This document shows positions 1-11,597 of a stretch of 64,000 bases of DNA, piece by piece. Position numbers and translations under genes: made by a program. Within the stretch, counting starts at the first letter, position 1; each line of letters begins with the position of its first letter. The stretch lies in NCBI GenBank assembly GCA_028534125.1, contig CM052840.1, positions 29,264,001-29,328,000 of the forward strand. The letters run 5' to 3'. A model generated the notes under the pieces. It had not been told where the DNA came from. It saw nothing but the letters and a program-made list of their open reading frames with translations, and did not search any database. The DNA is from Lama glama (lineage: Eukaryota).

Positions 1-47
1 AGCGCCACACTGAGGGCTGACGGGGCAGGACTTACTGTTACTACGAC

Positions 48-400
48 TGTAAATCCCTCTGGCCGCTGTGTGGAGAGCAAACCTTAAGGATGGGGAAGAG
101 GGGCTGGGGAGAGTGGCACGTGTCCCCCGTAGTGCCCCCTTTCCGGGAGACTCCTGCAGCTGCCTGGGCGAGGGCCCTGCTGGTGTGAACAGGGGTGGTG
201 ACAGAGAGATGGGGAAAGTCATGGATCTGGGACGTGTTCTGAAGATTGAGCTCACAGGGCTTGCTGACGGGCTGGATGAGGGGCGAGGGAAAGAGAAAAG
301 TCAAGGAAAACGCCTCGGCGTTTCGGCCGGAGCGACTCCTGGTGCTGCTGTTAGACAGACGGGCCGACCAGGAAGGAAGGGGTCTGGTGAGATGGCAGGC
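48..400 (-). mobile_element. L2 LINE fragment (ancient, degenerate) in LAD1 intron 1
   Basis: Purine-rich tract (…gatctgggacgtgttctgaagattgagctcacagggcttgctgacgggctggatgaggg…gagaaaagtcaaggaaaacgcc) resembles the antisense strand of the L2 consensus; boundaries approximate. Confidence 0.6.
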
Positions 401-2442
401 GGCAGGGGGAGGGGAGGCAAGAAATGAAGCGTGAGGAGGAGATGCCCTGGAGAGGAAGGAGACCCGGGAACCGGGAAGGGCTGACCTGGAGCGGGGCCAG
501 GCCAGGCGGTCCACACCCCTGGAAGGGCCAGGCCGCCAGGAGGCAGTACTGAGCAGAGGCTCCAGGTCCCTGAGAAAGAGCTGTCGGAAAGTGTAGGGGA
601 AGCCAGGAAAAAGGAACTGGTGGCCGCCAGCAGCTCTTCTGAGTTTCAATGGGAAGAAAGTAAGATGGGATGGTCCCCAGAGCAGGACGTGCACGCAAAG
701 GCTGCTTTCATAGTTCAAATGAAGCAGAGAGGAGGGTACAGAGGGTGGAGCAGGACGCGGGAAGAAGCTGCCCCGCGAGGAGAGGAAACACCACGGGATG
801 GGGCGCGTTCACCTCCAGCACCCACCGCGGCGCCCGGCAGCACGCACACATGCCGGCAGCCGTGGGACAGCGTGGCGAGTCAGCCTTCCTCCCCAGGAAT
901 TGCCATGTCCGCCTTGATAAACAGGAGCACGAAGAGGGAGCAAACGCTAGGCCCCACATGGCATCTGCCCACGCCCCAGGCCCTTGGAAGGGAACCTTCC
1001 AGAACCTCCCAAGTCTGACCATCAGGGCAGCTCTCAGTGAAAACCTCAGTTCCTCCTCTTCAGTCAGGTCTCCGCTCCCCCTGCGTGGGATGGGGAGGGC
1101 TCCCCGTGGCCTTGACCACGGATGGAAGCCAGATTCCCTGGGCCTTCGATCACTCACTTCCTCCTTAGGAACCAGGCCCCCTGCCCCGCGCCTCCCCACT
1201 GCCCTCTTCAGCCGCTTTCCTCTGGGGCCACACTGGCGTCCCTCCCTCCTCCTCTGGACCCAGCCCTGCCCAAGTCCACAGTCTAGGACCAGCCGCACCC
1301 TACAAAGCTGAGGGATGCCCCTTCCTTGGGGAGAGTGGCCCACAGAGCCAGGCGCTCCTCCTCCCCAAACCCCCCCCCCCGGCCTCAGCTGGGGGCGGAG
1401 CCTCCAGGATTCCTCGGGCCTGAGCAACCTGGTTCCCACACAGGCCTCAGCCCTCAGGGGAGCCGCTGGTTTGTTTATGGGGCCTGAGACGTCCGCGGTG
1501 TGTGATCTGTCAGAGCCTGGTCTCCTCGGAAGTGACTCACTCCCAGGCGGGCCATCGCCCTGCAGGGTCTCAGGGCTGGAGCTGCAGGAGGTGGGGCCCA
1601 GGTATCCTGGAGTGTCCCCCAGCTCTGCATCAAGACCCCACCGGTCACCCAAGAGATGTGGTCAACCCCACCCCACCCTGGGAGACATGTCATCTCCACA
1701 AAGCAAAGCGTGTTCCTCCAGAGATGAGGAAACAGAGGGGAGGAGGGCGAAGGTCAGGGTCCCGGGGAGCTGGCAGGGGCAGCAGCTGAGGCCCCGTGAT
1801 AAATACATGATAACCGAGGGCCGAGGACAGGGCTGGGCATTCAAGGGCACACAAATGCTTGCTGAATATGAACAGGGAATCGAAACACAAAGGGCAGAGG
1901 AGCCAGGGCCCCGGCCGTGCTGAGGCCTCCCGATGGCCTTCTCGGGGCAGGTGCGATTGTTCCATTTTGCAGATGAGGGCGCTGGGGCTCACAGGGGCTC
2001 GCAGCGCTGCCAAGACAGGACAGGATGAAAAGAAGGAACCGAGTTCCAGCCTAGGTCAGCCTCTCAAGGGCCCTTAACCACAAGCCCAAGTGGCAGGAGG
2101 GACAGACAGACGTCCTGCGAGGCACAGCTCCAAAGCAGAGCGAGGCCCCACCGACCAGGGAGCCCAACACCTGCACAGTCAGAAGGGCTCAGGGGAGCCT
2201 GTGGGGCTCAGGACGTGAAGGGCTCCCCGGCCCAGGCAGCCTGAGCTCATGGCGCAGCCTGGGGGAGCAGGCTTGGGGAACCCCAGAGCCAACGCGTTGA
2301 CCTTTCGAGCTCCAGGGCCAGGCCAGGAGGAGCGTGCAGACCCCGCGCCCCAGGGAGTCCCAGTCGCTCTCACCAGCTGATGCCATGGCCCTGGGCAGCT
2401 GCCCTGCCACCCCCACCCAGAACCCTGTCCTCCCCCTCCTAG

Positions 2443-2452
2443 CCTTATTTGG
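2443..2452. promoter_or_regulatory. Consensus CArG box (SRF site) CCTTATTTGG in LAD1 intron 1
   Basis: Exact CC(A/T)6GG match; function untested. Confidence 0.3.
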
Positions 2453-4886
2453 GGACACACATCCCTTTGCCACCCTCCCTACTCCTGACTTCACAGCTCC
2501 ACCCTGAGGAGAAGGGACCTCTTTCCCTTGAGCTGGCTCTGCTCCCTCCCTTGGGCCTTCTTTCTGTGCACTCGATGCAGCTGTGGGCGGGGGTGTGCGT
2601 GCCCTCAGGTGTACCCGCAGAACACTTCTCCCCCAGCTGAACTCCATCTGGAAGCCCATCGCACGACAGATCGACAGATCGAGGCTCGGGGCTCTGGTTA
2701 AAGCAGGGAAGGGTGTGAAGCCCGCCCCAGAGCATCCTGGGAACCCTGGGGCCCAAAGAGCATGGGTCTGCACATCTTGGAAGAGGAGAAAAGGGCGCCC
2801 AGGCAAGGCACTGGGCCAGAAGATGCAGCTCTGATTGGCCGCGTGGCCTTGGGCAGCCCCTGAGGGGGACAGGCCTTCCACGCAATGAGGGGTCACTGTG
2901 GGTGGCCAGCGGGGTCCCTTCCAGCACTGATAGTCTAGAGAGAGGTGTCAGGGAGAGCCGAGGGCTGCTCAAGGCCCAGGCAGGGAAATGATTAACAGCT
3001 GCCGCTCAGTCCCGGCGCTCCCAGATCCACCCCTCACCCCCCATGGACAGGCCCGCCCAGCCTCACCCCTCACCAGGCGGGCCCAAGAAGGAGAGGGCAA
3101 GGCCGCTGACCGGGGCCCCTGGCCAGCCAGCTCACCGCTGTCCCCGTCCCAGGGCTGGAGCATCAGAATTTCTGCCTCGTGCCAAGGCGGGGCTGCAGGC
3201 TGGACCTCGGCTGCCCACCTGGGCCCTGTCTGGGGCCACGCTCCTCACACCCTCCTCCCAGGCCTCCCAGCCTGGGAGGCTCAGTTGACTGTGACTCACA
3301 GCCCCTCCCTCCTGCCAGCTGAGGCTTGTTCACAAGGGAGCGGGACGGGAGGGCCCTCTGCTCCAGGTGCCTCATCGGGGTGACGGCTGGCAACAGTTGT
3401 GTCTGCCCACAGGGCTTGGGGAGGGCTGGGGCCCAGCAGGGAGGCAGGCCAGGAGCTCTGCGGCAGGACCGGCTCTCTAGGGGGTGTCCCTCGCTGCCCT
3501 GGACATCCATGGCACTGGCCCCCGCCCCTGCAGCCACAGGAGACCAGGTCCATCTGAGCAGGGGGCAAGCCAAGGCCAGACCCTGCTCCCACTTTACAAG
3601 TCCCAGTGCCCCCGCTGCCCAGCAGGCGCCCCCCCCGCCACACACATCCAGGCACGCTCTCAGACCCACACTCGTGTGCACACGGAGGCACACGGACACA
3701 GATACGCCCCACCTGGAAGCACAGACGCTCCCACATCAACCCCCTGCGCGCAGAGTCCGAGGCCTTGACCTCCAGCCCCGCCCTCAGCACAGACCCTCCC
3801 TGGGTGTGTCCAGCCCCTGAGGCAGCTGGTCCAAATGTCCAGAACCTGAGTTCCTCCTTCCTCGGGGCACACTCCTCCCTCTTTCTGGACGGGGGTGACC
3901 AGACAACCGCTTCAGAGCAGCGAGGTCTGAGGGTCCGGATAGGACCCCAGCCCTGGAGAATGAACTGCCATAGGGAGGCCAGGTCTGAGACCTTGGAGAA
4001 GCTCCAGGGCCCCTGGGTGGGGGCGGATGGGGATCACCTTGATGGGGAAGGCCTGGGAGGGGGCTAATCCACACCTGAGAGGGGCCAAGAGGCCAGTTTC
4101 TACTGGCTAGAGCCTTTGGGGTCAAAGAAGTGGGGACCCCACTCCGATCCATGACTACATGGGCCTCAGTCTCCTTAGGGACAAAATTGTGGGAGGGGAA
4201 TGCAGAGATCGGAGGTGAAGACGCTCGGGGAAGCATCTCTAGGGGATGTGCAGGGTGACTACAAGAGGAGTCCAGGGGTCACCAACCGCATGAGGAGTGC
4301 CGCCTCCTGAACACCCCCACCCCCACCCTTCTCTGACCCAGCAGATGTCCAGCAGGCAGGGATAAGATACCCAGTCCCCTGACCCTTTGAAGGACCAGCT
4401 CACAAGACTGAAACACAGAGGGGGACAGCAACTATCTTGAGGTCACCCAGTGCAGACGCCACCCCAGAATGCCACACTCAGAACCTGAGCCTTACCAGTG
4501 GGAGGGGACCTGTCCCCCTCTGGTCCTGGTCGCTGACCCCTGTCCTGCCGACCCTCAGGGCGGCCCTGGCCCTGTGCCCCCTCCTCCTCTCCAAGGGGGG
4601 CTGTGAGGCATCTAGGGCCACTCACAGCTCCCTGCAGGGAACCGAGAGCGGCGAGGGGGGCTTCCCAGGAAATGAGGCTTGGTCATAACTCCCGAACGAC
4701 TCCTCCATCCCCAAAACGGCCTCTCCAGTCTGGGACAGCGCTCCCAGGCAGCCTGCTTGTGCCTCGGTCCCCAGAGGGGAAGGAGGCGGCGGCGGGACAG
4801 CCGGGACACCCGGGGCCGCCCCAGTTCGGCCCCAGCCCCGTCGCCCCCCAGGAGCGGCCAGCCCCCGGGAGAGGCCGCGGGCTCAC

Positions 4887-4924
4887 CTGGACAGCGCGGC
4901 CCAGTCCTTCCTGCTGACGGACAT
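4887..4924 (-). CDS. LAD1: Ladinin-1 coding part of exon 1 (MSVSRKDWAALS+AG); the rest of the gene lies beyond the left edge of the window
   Basis: ATG at 4924, 38 coding nt, then donor AG|GTGAGC (4881-4886). Peptide matches the LAD1 N-terminus (human MAVSRKDWSALSS). Sits in a CpG island directly downstream of TNNI1, as synteny predicts. Confidence 0.92.
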
Positions 4925-4989
4925 GCCGCCGGAGCCCGCGCGCCCGCCGCGTGCGTCGTGTCCGCTCTGCGCCGCCCCGCCGCGCCCCG

Positions 4990-5024
4990 CCCGCCGCCCG
5001 CCGCCCGCCGCCCGCCGCCCGCCG
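4990..5024. repeat. (CCCGCCG)5 perfect 7-mer tandem repeat at the LAD1 5' end
   Basis: Five exact copies read directly. Confidence 0.9.
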
Positions 5025-6073
5025 CCGGCGCAGGTAGGCTCACCTGGCCTCTTATCCCGCCGGCCCCGCGCCCCGCGCAGCCGCGCGCCGCCGGCCGCCC
5101 GGGATTGGCCCGTGGGTGTGGGCGTCGCGGACGGAGCCGCCCCGGTCCCCGCCCCGGCCGCAGGACAGCCGGACAGACGGACGGACGCGCGGACAGACGG
5201 GCGCCCGGGCCGCGCGGGGCGGGGGGGGACTTCCTGCTCAGAACCTGTCGGACCAGCCGGGCCCGCACGCCCCCCTCCCGCAGGTGCCCGGGGCAGGGGG
5301 TCAGACCGGGCTCTCCGCCGGCCGAGAGGCCCGATCCCGAGAAACCCAGGCGGGAAGCGGGCGGGAAGGTGAGAGGCCGCACCGGGGGTGGGGCTGCAGC
5401 GCCCTCCTGGCTCCCGCGGCGCCGCCCGGGGCCCACGACCGCGAGGCCCCAGGAGAGAGCTGGGCGCGCTCGCCCTGTGCCGAGCGCAAAGCTGCAGGCC
5501 CGCTCCAGGCCAAGCCCGCCCCTCCCCACGTGAGTGTCGCGGCTCAGTTCTGCAAACACTGGAGTGCCCAGTGCTCTGACAAAGCGAAGATGTCTGAGAT
5601 CCTCTCGCCGCTGGCTCGTCTGGACTTTGCACTGGAGGGGCCGGGTGTGGAGATGGGCGGAGGAGGCTCGGCTTTTCCCCGGAAGGAAGGGAAGGAAGAG
5701 AACAGTGAACAGACAACTAGGACTGGAGTTCTGGGGCAAGTGCGGGGGCTCAGGTGCCGCCTGCGGCCTGTCCAGGAGCCAGCCTCAGGGGACCAGAGAG
5801 GATCAGTCGCTTAGCAGGGGACTCTTATCTTCCTGAAGCATCAGACCTGCAAGGTCAGCGGCTGTGGCTCCTGCTCTGAGAGGAATGAAGAGCAGCCTTA
5901 GGCACTGGAGGGGAAGACCAGGGCGGCATAGAACTGCCAGCGTCCTGCTGGGCCTTGCTTGCCAGCCTGGCCTCAGACCAGGGGTACAGACCCGGGGCTG
6001 GTGGTCTCTACAGGGCCCTCCAGCTCTGAGATCTCCCAGGGAAGGGCAAGCCAGCTGCTGAGCAGAGCCTGCG

Positions 6074-6115
6074 CACACACAGACACACAGACACAGACAC
6101 ACACACACACACACA

Positions 6116-6159
<44 letters not shown>
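6074..6159. repeat. Interrupted (CA)n microsatellite
   Basis: Directly visible CA run with CAGA interruptions. Confidence 0.97.
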
Positions 6160-6160
<1 letters not shown>

Positions 6161-6269
6161 CTAGCCTGCTAAGGTGTCTCCTTCCCCAAATGCCCTCTCC
6201 TCCAGGGAGCCTTCCTTCTTGGAATTGGAGGTGAGGGGTGAGGTTCAAGGAATGCAGGTCGCCCTGGGA

Positions 6270-6440
6270 GCCTGGAGACCTGACTTTGAGCTCTGATTCT
6301 GCCATGTGCACCATGTGACTTGGGGCAAATCACCGCAGCTTCCTGGTCTGCGTAGTGGAAATGATGGCACCTGTCCAGTTCCCTCCAGGTTGTGGGGGTG
6401 AAATGAGTTGGTTGTTGAGTGTTGGCGACACTGGGGTGAG
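6270..6440 (+). mobile_element. MIR SINE fragment
   Basis: ctctgattctgccatgtg…tgtgacttggggcaaatcac…gaaatgatggcacct…gttgtgggggtgaaatgag resembles the MIR core. Confidence 0.5.
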
Positions 6441-6539
6441 CGGTGTGAGGGCTGACGAGGGCCCTGCAGAGACCAAGGTGAGCCTTGACCCACTGGCTCT
6501 TCCGGGGAAAGAGGAAGAGGAGCACACTAACCCATGTCC

Positions 6540-6569
6540 TGGGATGCTGGGATGCTGGGATGCTGGGAT
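6540..6569. repeat. (TGGGATGC)~3.7 short tandem repeat
   Basis: Directly visible. Confidence 0.85.
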
Positions 6570-6859
6570 CCTGGGCCCGGCCCTTCCCGGGGAGCCTGCT
6601 GGCCCTTGGGGACCTGGAGAACGTTCTTCCCATACATTGTCAGTGGAGACACCGCCACTGAGAAAGAAAATCACTCTGAGTCATTTGAAGCCTGCCTTCT
6701 AGGAACACTTCATGAAGCCAGCGGACAGTCGGAAACATCTCTAAAAGCCCAAACTCCAGCACCCTCTCTCTAGACACAAAAACCCAGACAAGGAAGGTTG
6801 AGTACACATAGTGCCCAGAAGGTTCTCGACGGCCGGCACTGTGTCTTCCCAGATGCCCT

Positions 6860-7120
6860 CCCTGTGCCTGGTGCTGTCAGCACAGTGGCCTCTGTGTGGC
6901 CCAGTGTCTGCCATCAGCATCACGTGGACCCCTCCCTGTGTCTCTGTGCCTGTGTCCAGACTTCTCTCTTCTTACATCAGTCCTTGCATCAGAGCCCACC
7001 TGAATCCAGTGTGACCGCATTTAAACTTGCTTACATCTGCAAAGACCCCATTTCCCGGTACGGTCACCTTCACAGGTAGCAGGGGTCAGGAGTTGAACGT
7101 ATATTGAAAGGAATGTAGTC
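6860..7120 (-). mobile_element. MaLR MLT1-type LTR fragment
   Basis: …ttacatctgcaaagaccccatttcccggtacggtcaccttcacaggtagcaggggtcagg… is characteristic of the antisense MLT1B/C LTR. Confidence 0.65.
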
Positions 7121-8479
7121 CTACCCACTGCAATCAGCAAAGAGCCTTGGCTTTCAGTGACGCAGAGATGCTGAGGGCTCGGTTCCCGGCCTCACGACAG
7201 CCCCTCTCTGGCAGCAGGGACGGATGTGTGCCGGTGCACAAGCTCACACATGTCTGCATGAGCAGGCGTGCACACGCGCCCTCCTGAGCATGCACACACC
7301 CAGCCCCACTCAGCACCGACACTGTGTCATCAGGAGGGACTGAGTCTAATGGAGGGATGGGGCGGCTTCCAGAGGAAAGGACATCTGGGCACTTCTGCCC
7401 AGAGAGAGGACTCCTGTGCCTGGAGCCCCGCATGCCTCCCAGGCCGGCAGGACAGGGGGCCGTGGGCTGCGCTTTGCTGGGGGCTGGCCTTTACCCTGCC
7501 GAGTAGGGGGGAGTTGAGGAAACTGAGAAGGCAAACGGCCTTGGAGTGGGAAGGCCCACGGGATTTTGAGAGACAGCCCCGGCCGCAGTGGGACAAGGGT
7601 CCAGCTGGAGGGGGAGGCCACCGAGGGGCTACCGTCAAGTCCATGAAAGAAAGAAGAGGCTGGAGCGCCACCCACCAGGAGGTGAGGAGGCGTTGGCAGG
7701 GGCGCTGGTAGGCTGCATGGCCATTGAACTGACCGCTGAGGGCGAAGGAGGAGCCAGCAGGGTGACTCCCACTCGCTACCTTGAGGGGCCGGCGAAGGCA
7801 GGTCCGTGATGGGACGGGTGCGGGGGTAAGGCAAGGGTCTCAGCCTCAAGCGTTTTTGACTTCTGGGGCCTGATGGTCTTGCCGTGTGGCTGTCCGCACA
7901 CTGTGAGGTGGCAGCAGCATCTCTGGCCTCCACCTGTTAGAACAAGGGGGTCCTGAAGACAGCAGTGGTGGGCCGTCCAGCAGGTGGCCAGACGCTGGGG
8001 GCGGGAGCTCAGGAGACAGCTTGCCTGTGTTGCCCAAGGTGCGTACAGGGCGGTGGGAGAAGGGGTGGCTCACGGGGGCAGGGCCAGCGTTCAGCGTCTG
8101 AGCCCACGTCCTGCCTCCCCGAACGTCCTGAGGAGAGGAGGGCTGTCTTGTTCACCTCGGTGTCTCCTCAGCACTTGGTGTAGTAGGTTCGGAGAATCAC
8201 AATAACTTGCTTTGGGAAGGAAAATGGGGAACGCGAACAGCCTGGGAGCCCCTCTGGGTCACACGGGAGGCGGAGCCAGGGGCCCTCAGCACCCAGGACC
8301 CTCGTCCTCCAGGACCAGGGACATCAGCCTCCCGGCAGGCGAGTTGCGGGTAAGAGTGTGCGGCACTCGCTGGGGGAGAAGCCCTTGACCGCGGGCAGCA
8401 GGGAGCCCGGGAGGATTCAGGGCAGCCCTGGTTCCAGGAGCGAAACCCGGGGAGACACCCACGTGTCCACCCACAGGAA

Positions 8480-8990
8480 GATGGGTGAGTCAGCGCTCGC
8501 GTTCCCTTCATTTCGTTCTTCCACAGCAGAGAAGATAAATGAATTTTACAACCTTGGCATCGACCGAACGAACAGAAAAAAGCAGGAAGTGGACATGTAC
8601 ACCCGGGCGACAGGAAGGTGCCAAAGTGAGCAATGTGTCGTTTCAGGGGCGACAAACACGTAGTGACCTCACCTAGGGAACCAGGGGAGTAAAACACATA
8701 AAACTGACAGTCGGCCGTGTTCACCTTTGTGGGGACAAGGGTTGCGGCTGGGGGGCACACAGGGGCTTCAAAGGCGCTTGCGATGCCCTCGTTCTTTGCT
8801 GCTGTTGGAGCGAAGGGGATTCACATGTCGTGTGAGTTTCAGGCGTACAGCAAACTGACTCAGTCGCGTCTCATTTTCCACCGTAAGCGCATCGCAAGGT
8901 ATTGAGTGGCAACACCTGACTTCTTCAAGTGAGTGGCCACATAGGAGAGTTCATCACGTGATTCTTTAACATGCACGTACGTTAAAAATT
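8480..8990 (+). mobile_element. Degenerate L1M 3'-end fragment
   Basis: A-rich L1M-like segments (…ggggggcacacaggggcttcaaaggcgcttgcgatgccctcgttctt…); heavily diverged. Confidence 0.4.
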
Positions 8991-10859
8991 ATGATCACGT
9001 GCCGGTCACTTCCTCTGGGGAGGATCCGCAGACACAGGGTTTATCGCACCACGAAACCCGGTGAAGGACAGCAGTTTTCAAGACTCCCCAGTCGGTGGGA
9101 GGAAGGAGCTCCCCTCCCCTCCCCAGAACAGTGTGGGCTCTGGGATCCCCGGCCCCTATGCCCTGTCTGCACTGCACAGGGCAGCTTTTCTCCCCAGAGA
9201 GCCCAGAGTGGAGACAGGGGACCCCCAGCCCCAGGCCAGCAGGCCTGGAAGTCACCCTGCTGTGTCAGTCCTGTTCCCACTGTGAGGTGGTCAGACCATA
9301 CCCTAAAGAGTCTGACTTTTTACAAATTCATAATATATTTTTTAATGTGAATACACAAATGGTGTTGTCACTGTTTTGGTTTGAGAAGTAAAAACGTTAA
9401 AAAGCAATTACCACCTCCTGTCCTCCCACCCCATAAGCAAAGGATATTTTAATACTAAAACCATAAAATTAAGGCATGCATACTTGAGTAAAGGAGAATC
9501 CTTCCACTGAACACACGCAGCTTTGTGGAGACTTGACCGCAGGGGCCCTGACTTCCTGAGCAGGCAGTGGAGTAGCAGAGAATTGGATCACAGAGATTTG
9601 ATCAGGAGAGCTGCATCTGGAAGGTTCTGTGACGAGGGACACATGGATGTCCCTCAGACTCACTGGCAGGCAGGCCACCGCCCTGTGCACTTACAGGCCC
9701 ATGCACACGGGCACACACTCACCAGGCTCGCTCCTTCCAATGGAAACACACACACACCTCCCCCAGCCGTCCTCCTGAGCCTAGGACCCAGGGCGGGCTC
9801 ACCCGGCCTGTGCCCACCAGTGCAGCCAGGTGGGTGCTGAGCCGGGGCCATCGGTGGACACCTGCTCAGGCCTCCAGGCCCCTGCCTCTGGCTGGGAGAC
9901 CAAAGCTCTGCCCACATCCAGCTTCTCAGCAGATGGGGAATCCTGGGACCTGTGTTTCAGTCCTCCCGGTTAGGCTGTGACCTTGAGCGAGCCACCCTCC
10001 CTCTCTGGTCTCCGGATGCTGTCTGCAGCCCTGTGTACCAGAGCCGAGGGCTGATGGAGGCTCCCGCTGCTCAGCTGTGGCCTCAGGGAACTCCCGAGAG
10101 GCTTAGGAGTGTGTCTCCGGGGGAGGAGGCCCGCCCCTCATCTCCAGTGAAGGGCCCACGCTGGCCGCCTTTGGGAACTGTGAGGAGAGAGCCGCTGGGG
10201 TCAGGAGAGGAGGCTGCCGTCCGCTCCGGCTCTGGCGACCTGTCCCAGGCTTGGGCAGCTTGGTCACCCACCTGGAACGAAGCCGGCCCGCCCAGCGCCC
10301 TGCGGGGAGTCTGACTCACTTTGTGGGGGGCCGTTGGGGTAATGTTTAACTGGCTTCCTCCTTGGCGGGGCACTTCAGTCCCTGCAGCCCTGGGCCTGGG
10401 CCTGTCCTGACCGTCCTGCTGCAAGGCGGGCTCCAGACAGACAGTGGCTCAGCCTCCTGTGGAGGGCTCCTTACTGCGGAGCCCGAGGACTGGCGGGGGC
10501 AGGGGAGCAGCAGCTGGCCTCCCGAGGCTCGGCGGCAGGCAGAGGGCGGCAGCAGGCAGCACTCTGCACTAGTCGTCCCTTCCTTCCGAGGACAAGGCCC
10601 CAGCACCAGGCGCCTCTCCAGCTGCAGAGACAGCCCCCAAGAGTCCCTGTCCCTGCTGTTGGATGTATTTGCATCTCATTTGAATGTTCCCCTCTGTGGA
10701 GTCTGGTGAACTCCAAGGTGCATATGCATTGCCCTTGACCCCCAGCCATGTGCCTCCTGGAAAGTGGCAGGCTGGGCTCTGTTCAGGCAACTCTGATCCC
10801 AGAACAGGGTAACCCCAAAGGCAGGCTGACCCAAGTCCCAGTCCCCAGCCTGCACCTGT

Positions 10860-11205
10860 CAAACCCCGTGACCTGTGGCGAATTACTTCAATTGTCCAGA
10901 CCCCATCTCCTCGTGCGTGAAGCTGAGATAACAGGTGTACTTCTGAGGGTTTTGTAAGAACGTAATGACATGATTCTGATAAAGAGTGGTATTAAGCATG
11001 GTGACCGTATGGGCTCTAACCGACTGGCTGAGTGAAATCCCGGCCCCTTGTTTGCTAGTTGTGTGACCTTGGGGAGGCACTGACCTCTCTGTGCCTCAGT
11101 TTCGCCATCTATAAAATGATGGTCCCTTTCTGTGGGGTGTCGTGAAGGTTAGATGAGTTAGTCAAGATGCACAGAGCGGTGCCTGTCGTAGAGAAAATGC
11201 ACTGT
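10860..11205 (+). mobile_element. Two adjacent MIR SINE fragments
   Basis: MIR core tgtgtgaccttggggaggcactgacctctctgtgcctcagttttcgccatctataaaatg at ~11060-11120. Confidence 0.75.
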
Positions 11206-11562
11206 GGACACTGGTCTTCGTGGGAGGCCCAGCTCCTGGCTCTGCTCTGCTCCTGTCCAGGCCGGGTCGTGCTGGCCCTCCACAATCAACAGGGCCTGGG
11301 AGAACCATGAGTCTCTCTCCAGAGGCCGTGACTCCTGCGCATGCCCTACTCGTGGTCACAGCAGAGGCAGCCTCACCGCCCCCAGCCTGGGGAGCCAGGC
11401 CTAGCCCTCTAGCCCATCACCACTTGGGGGCCCAACTGGGCTGGACTGGGCGGGCTAGGCCTGGCCCTGCCAGGAACAGGAGGGACAGGACCTCCTCCCG
11501 GAGGACCCTTCCGCAGCCAGAGGGCCCTCCTGCCACGGGCTCTCTGCACCAGGCGTTTGCTC

Positions 11563-11597
11563 TGAGTCAGGCCCGGGGCTGGTCCTGCCTTTATAGG
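11563..11597. promoter_or_regulatory. Candidate compact enhancer: AP-1 (TGAGTCA, 11563-11569) plus CArG (CCTTTATAGG, 11588-11597)
   Basis: Two exact consensus motifs 18 bp apart, between the TNNI1 3' end and the LAD1 promoter. Confidence 0.35.

Larger units (their letters stand above)
4780..5540 (-). promoter_or_regulatory. LAD1: LAD1 CpG-island promoter / 5'UTR
   Basis: Very dense CpG. Minus-strand CCAAT (5104-5108), GATAAG TATA-like element (5051-5056), GC boxes, and paired CAGGTA (5031-5036) / CACCTG (5041-5046) E-boxes. Confidence 0.85.

Noticed and set aside
4612-5814. Long overlapping ORFs (375, 284, 277, 232 aa) over the LAD1 promoter
   Set aside because: Low-complexity Arg/Pro/Gly/Ala products of a stop-poor CpG island; the 277-aa one starts at TTG, and only its last 13 codons are real LAD1
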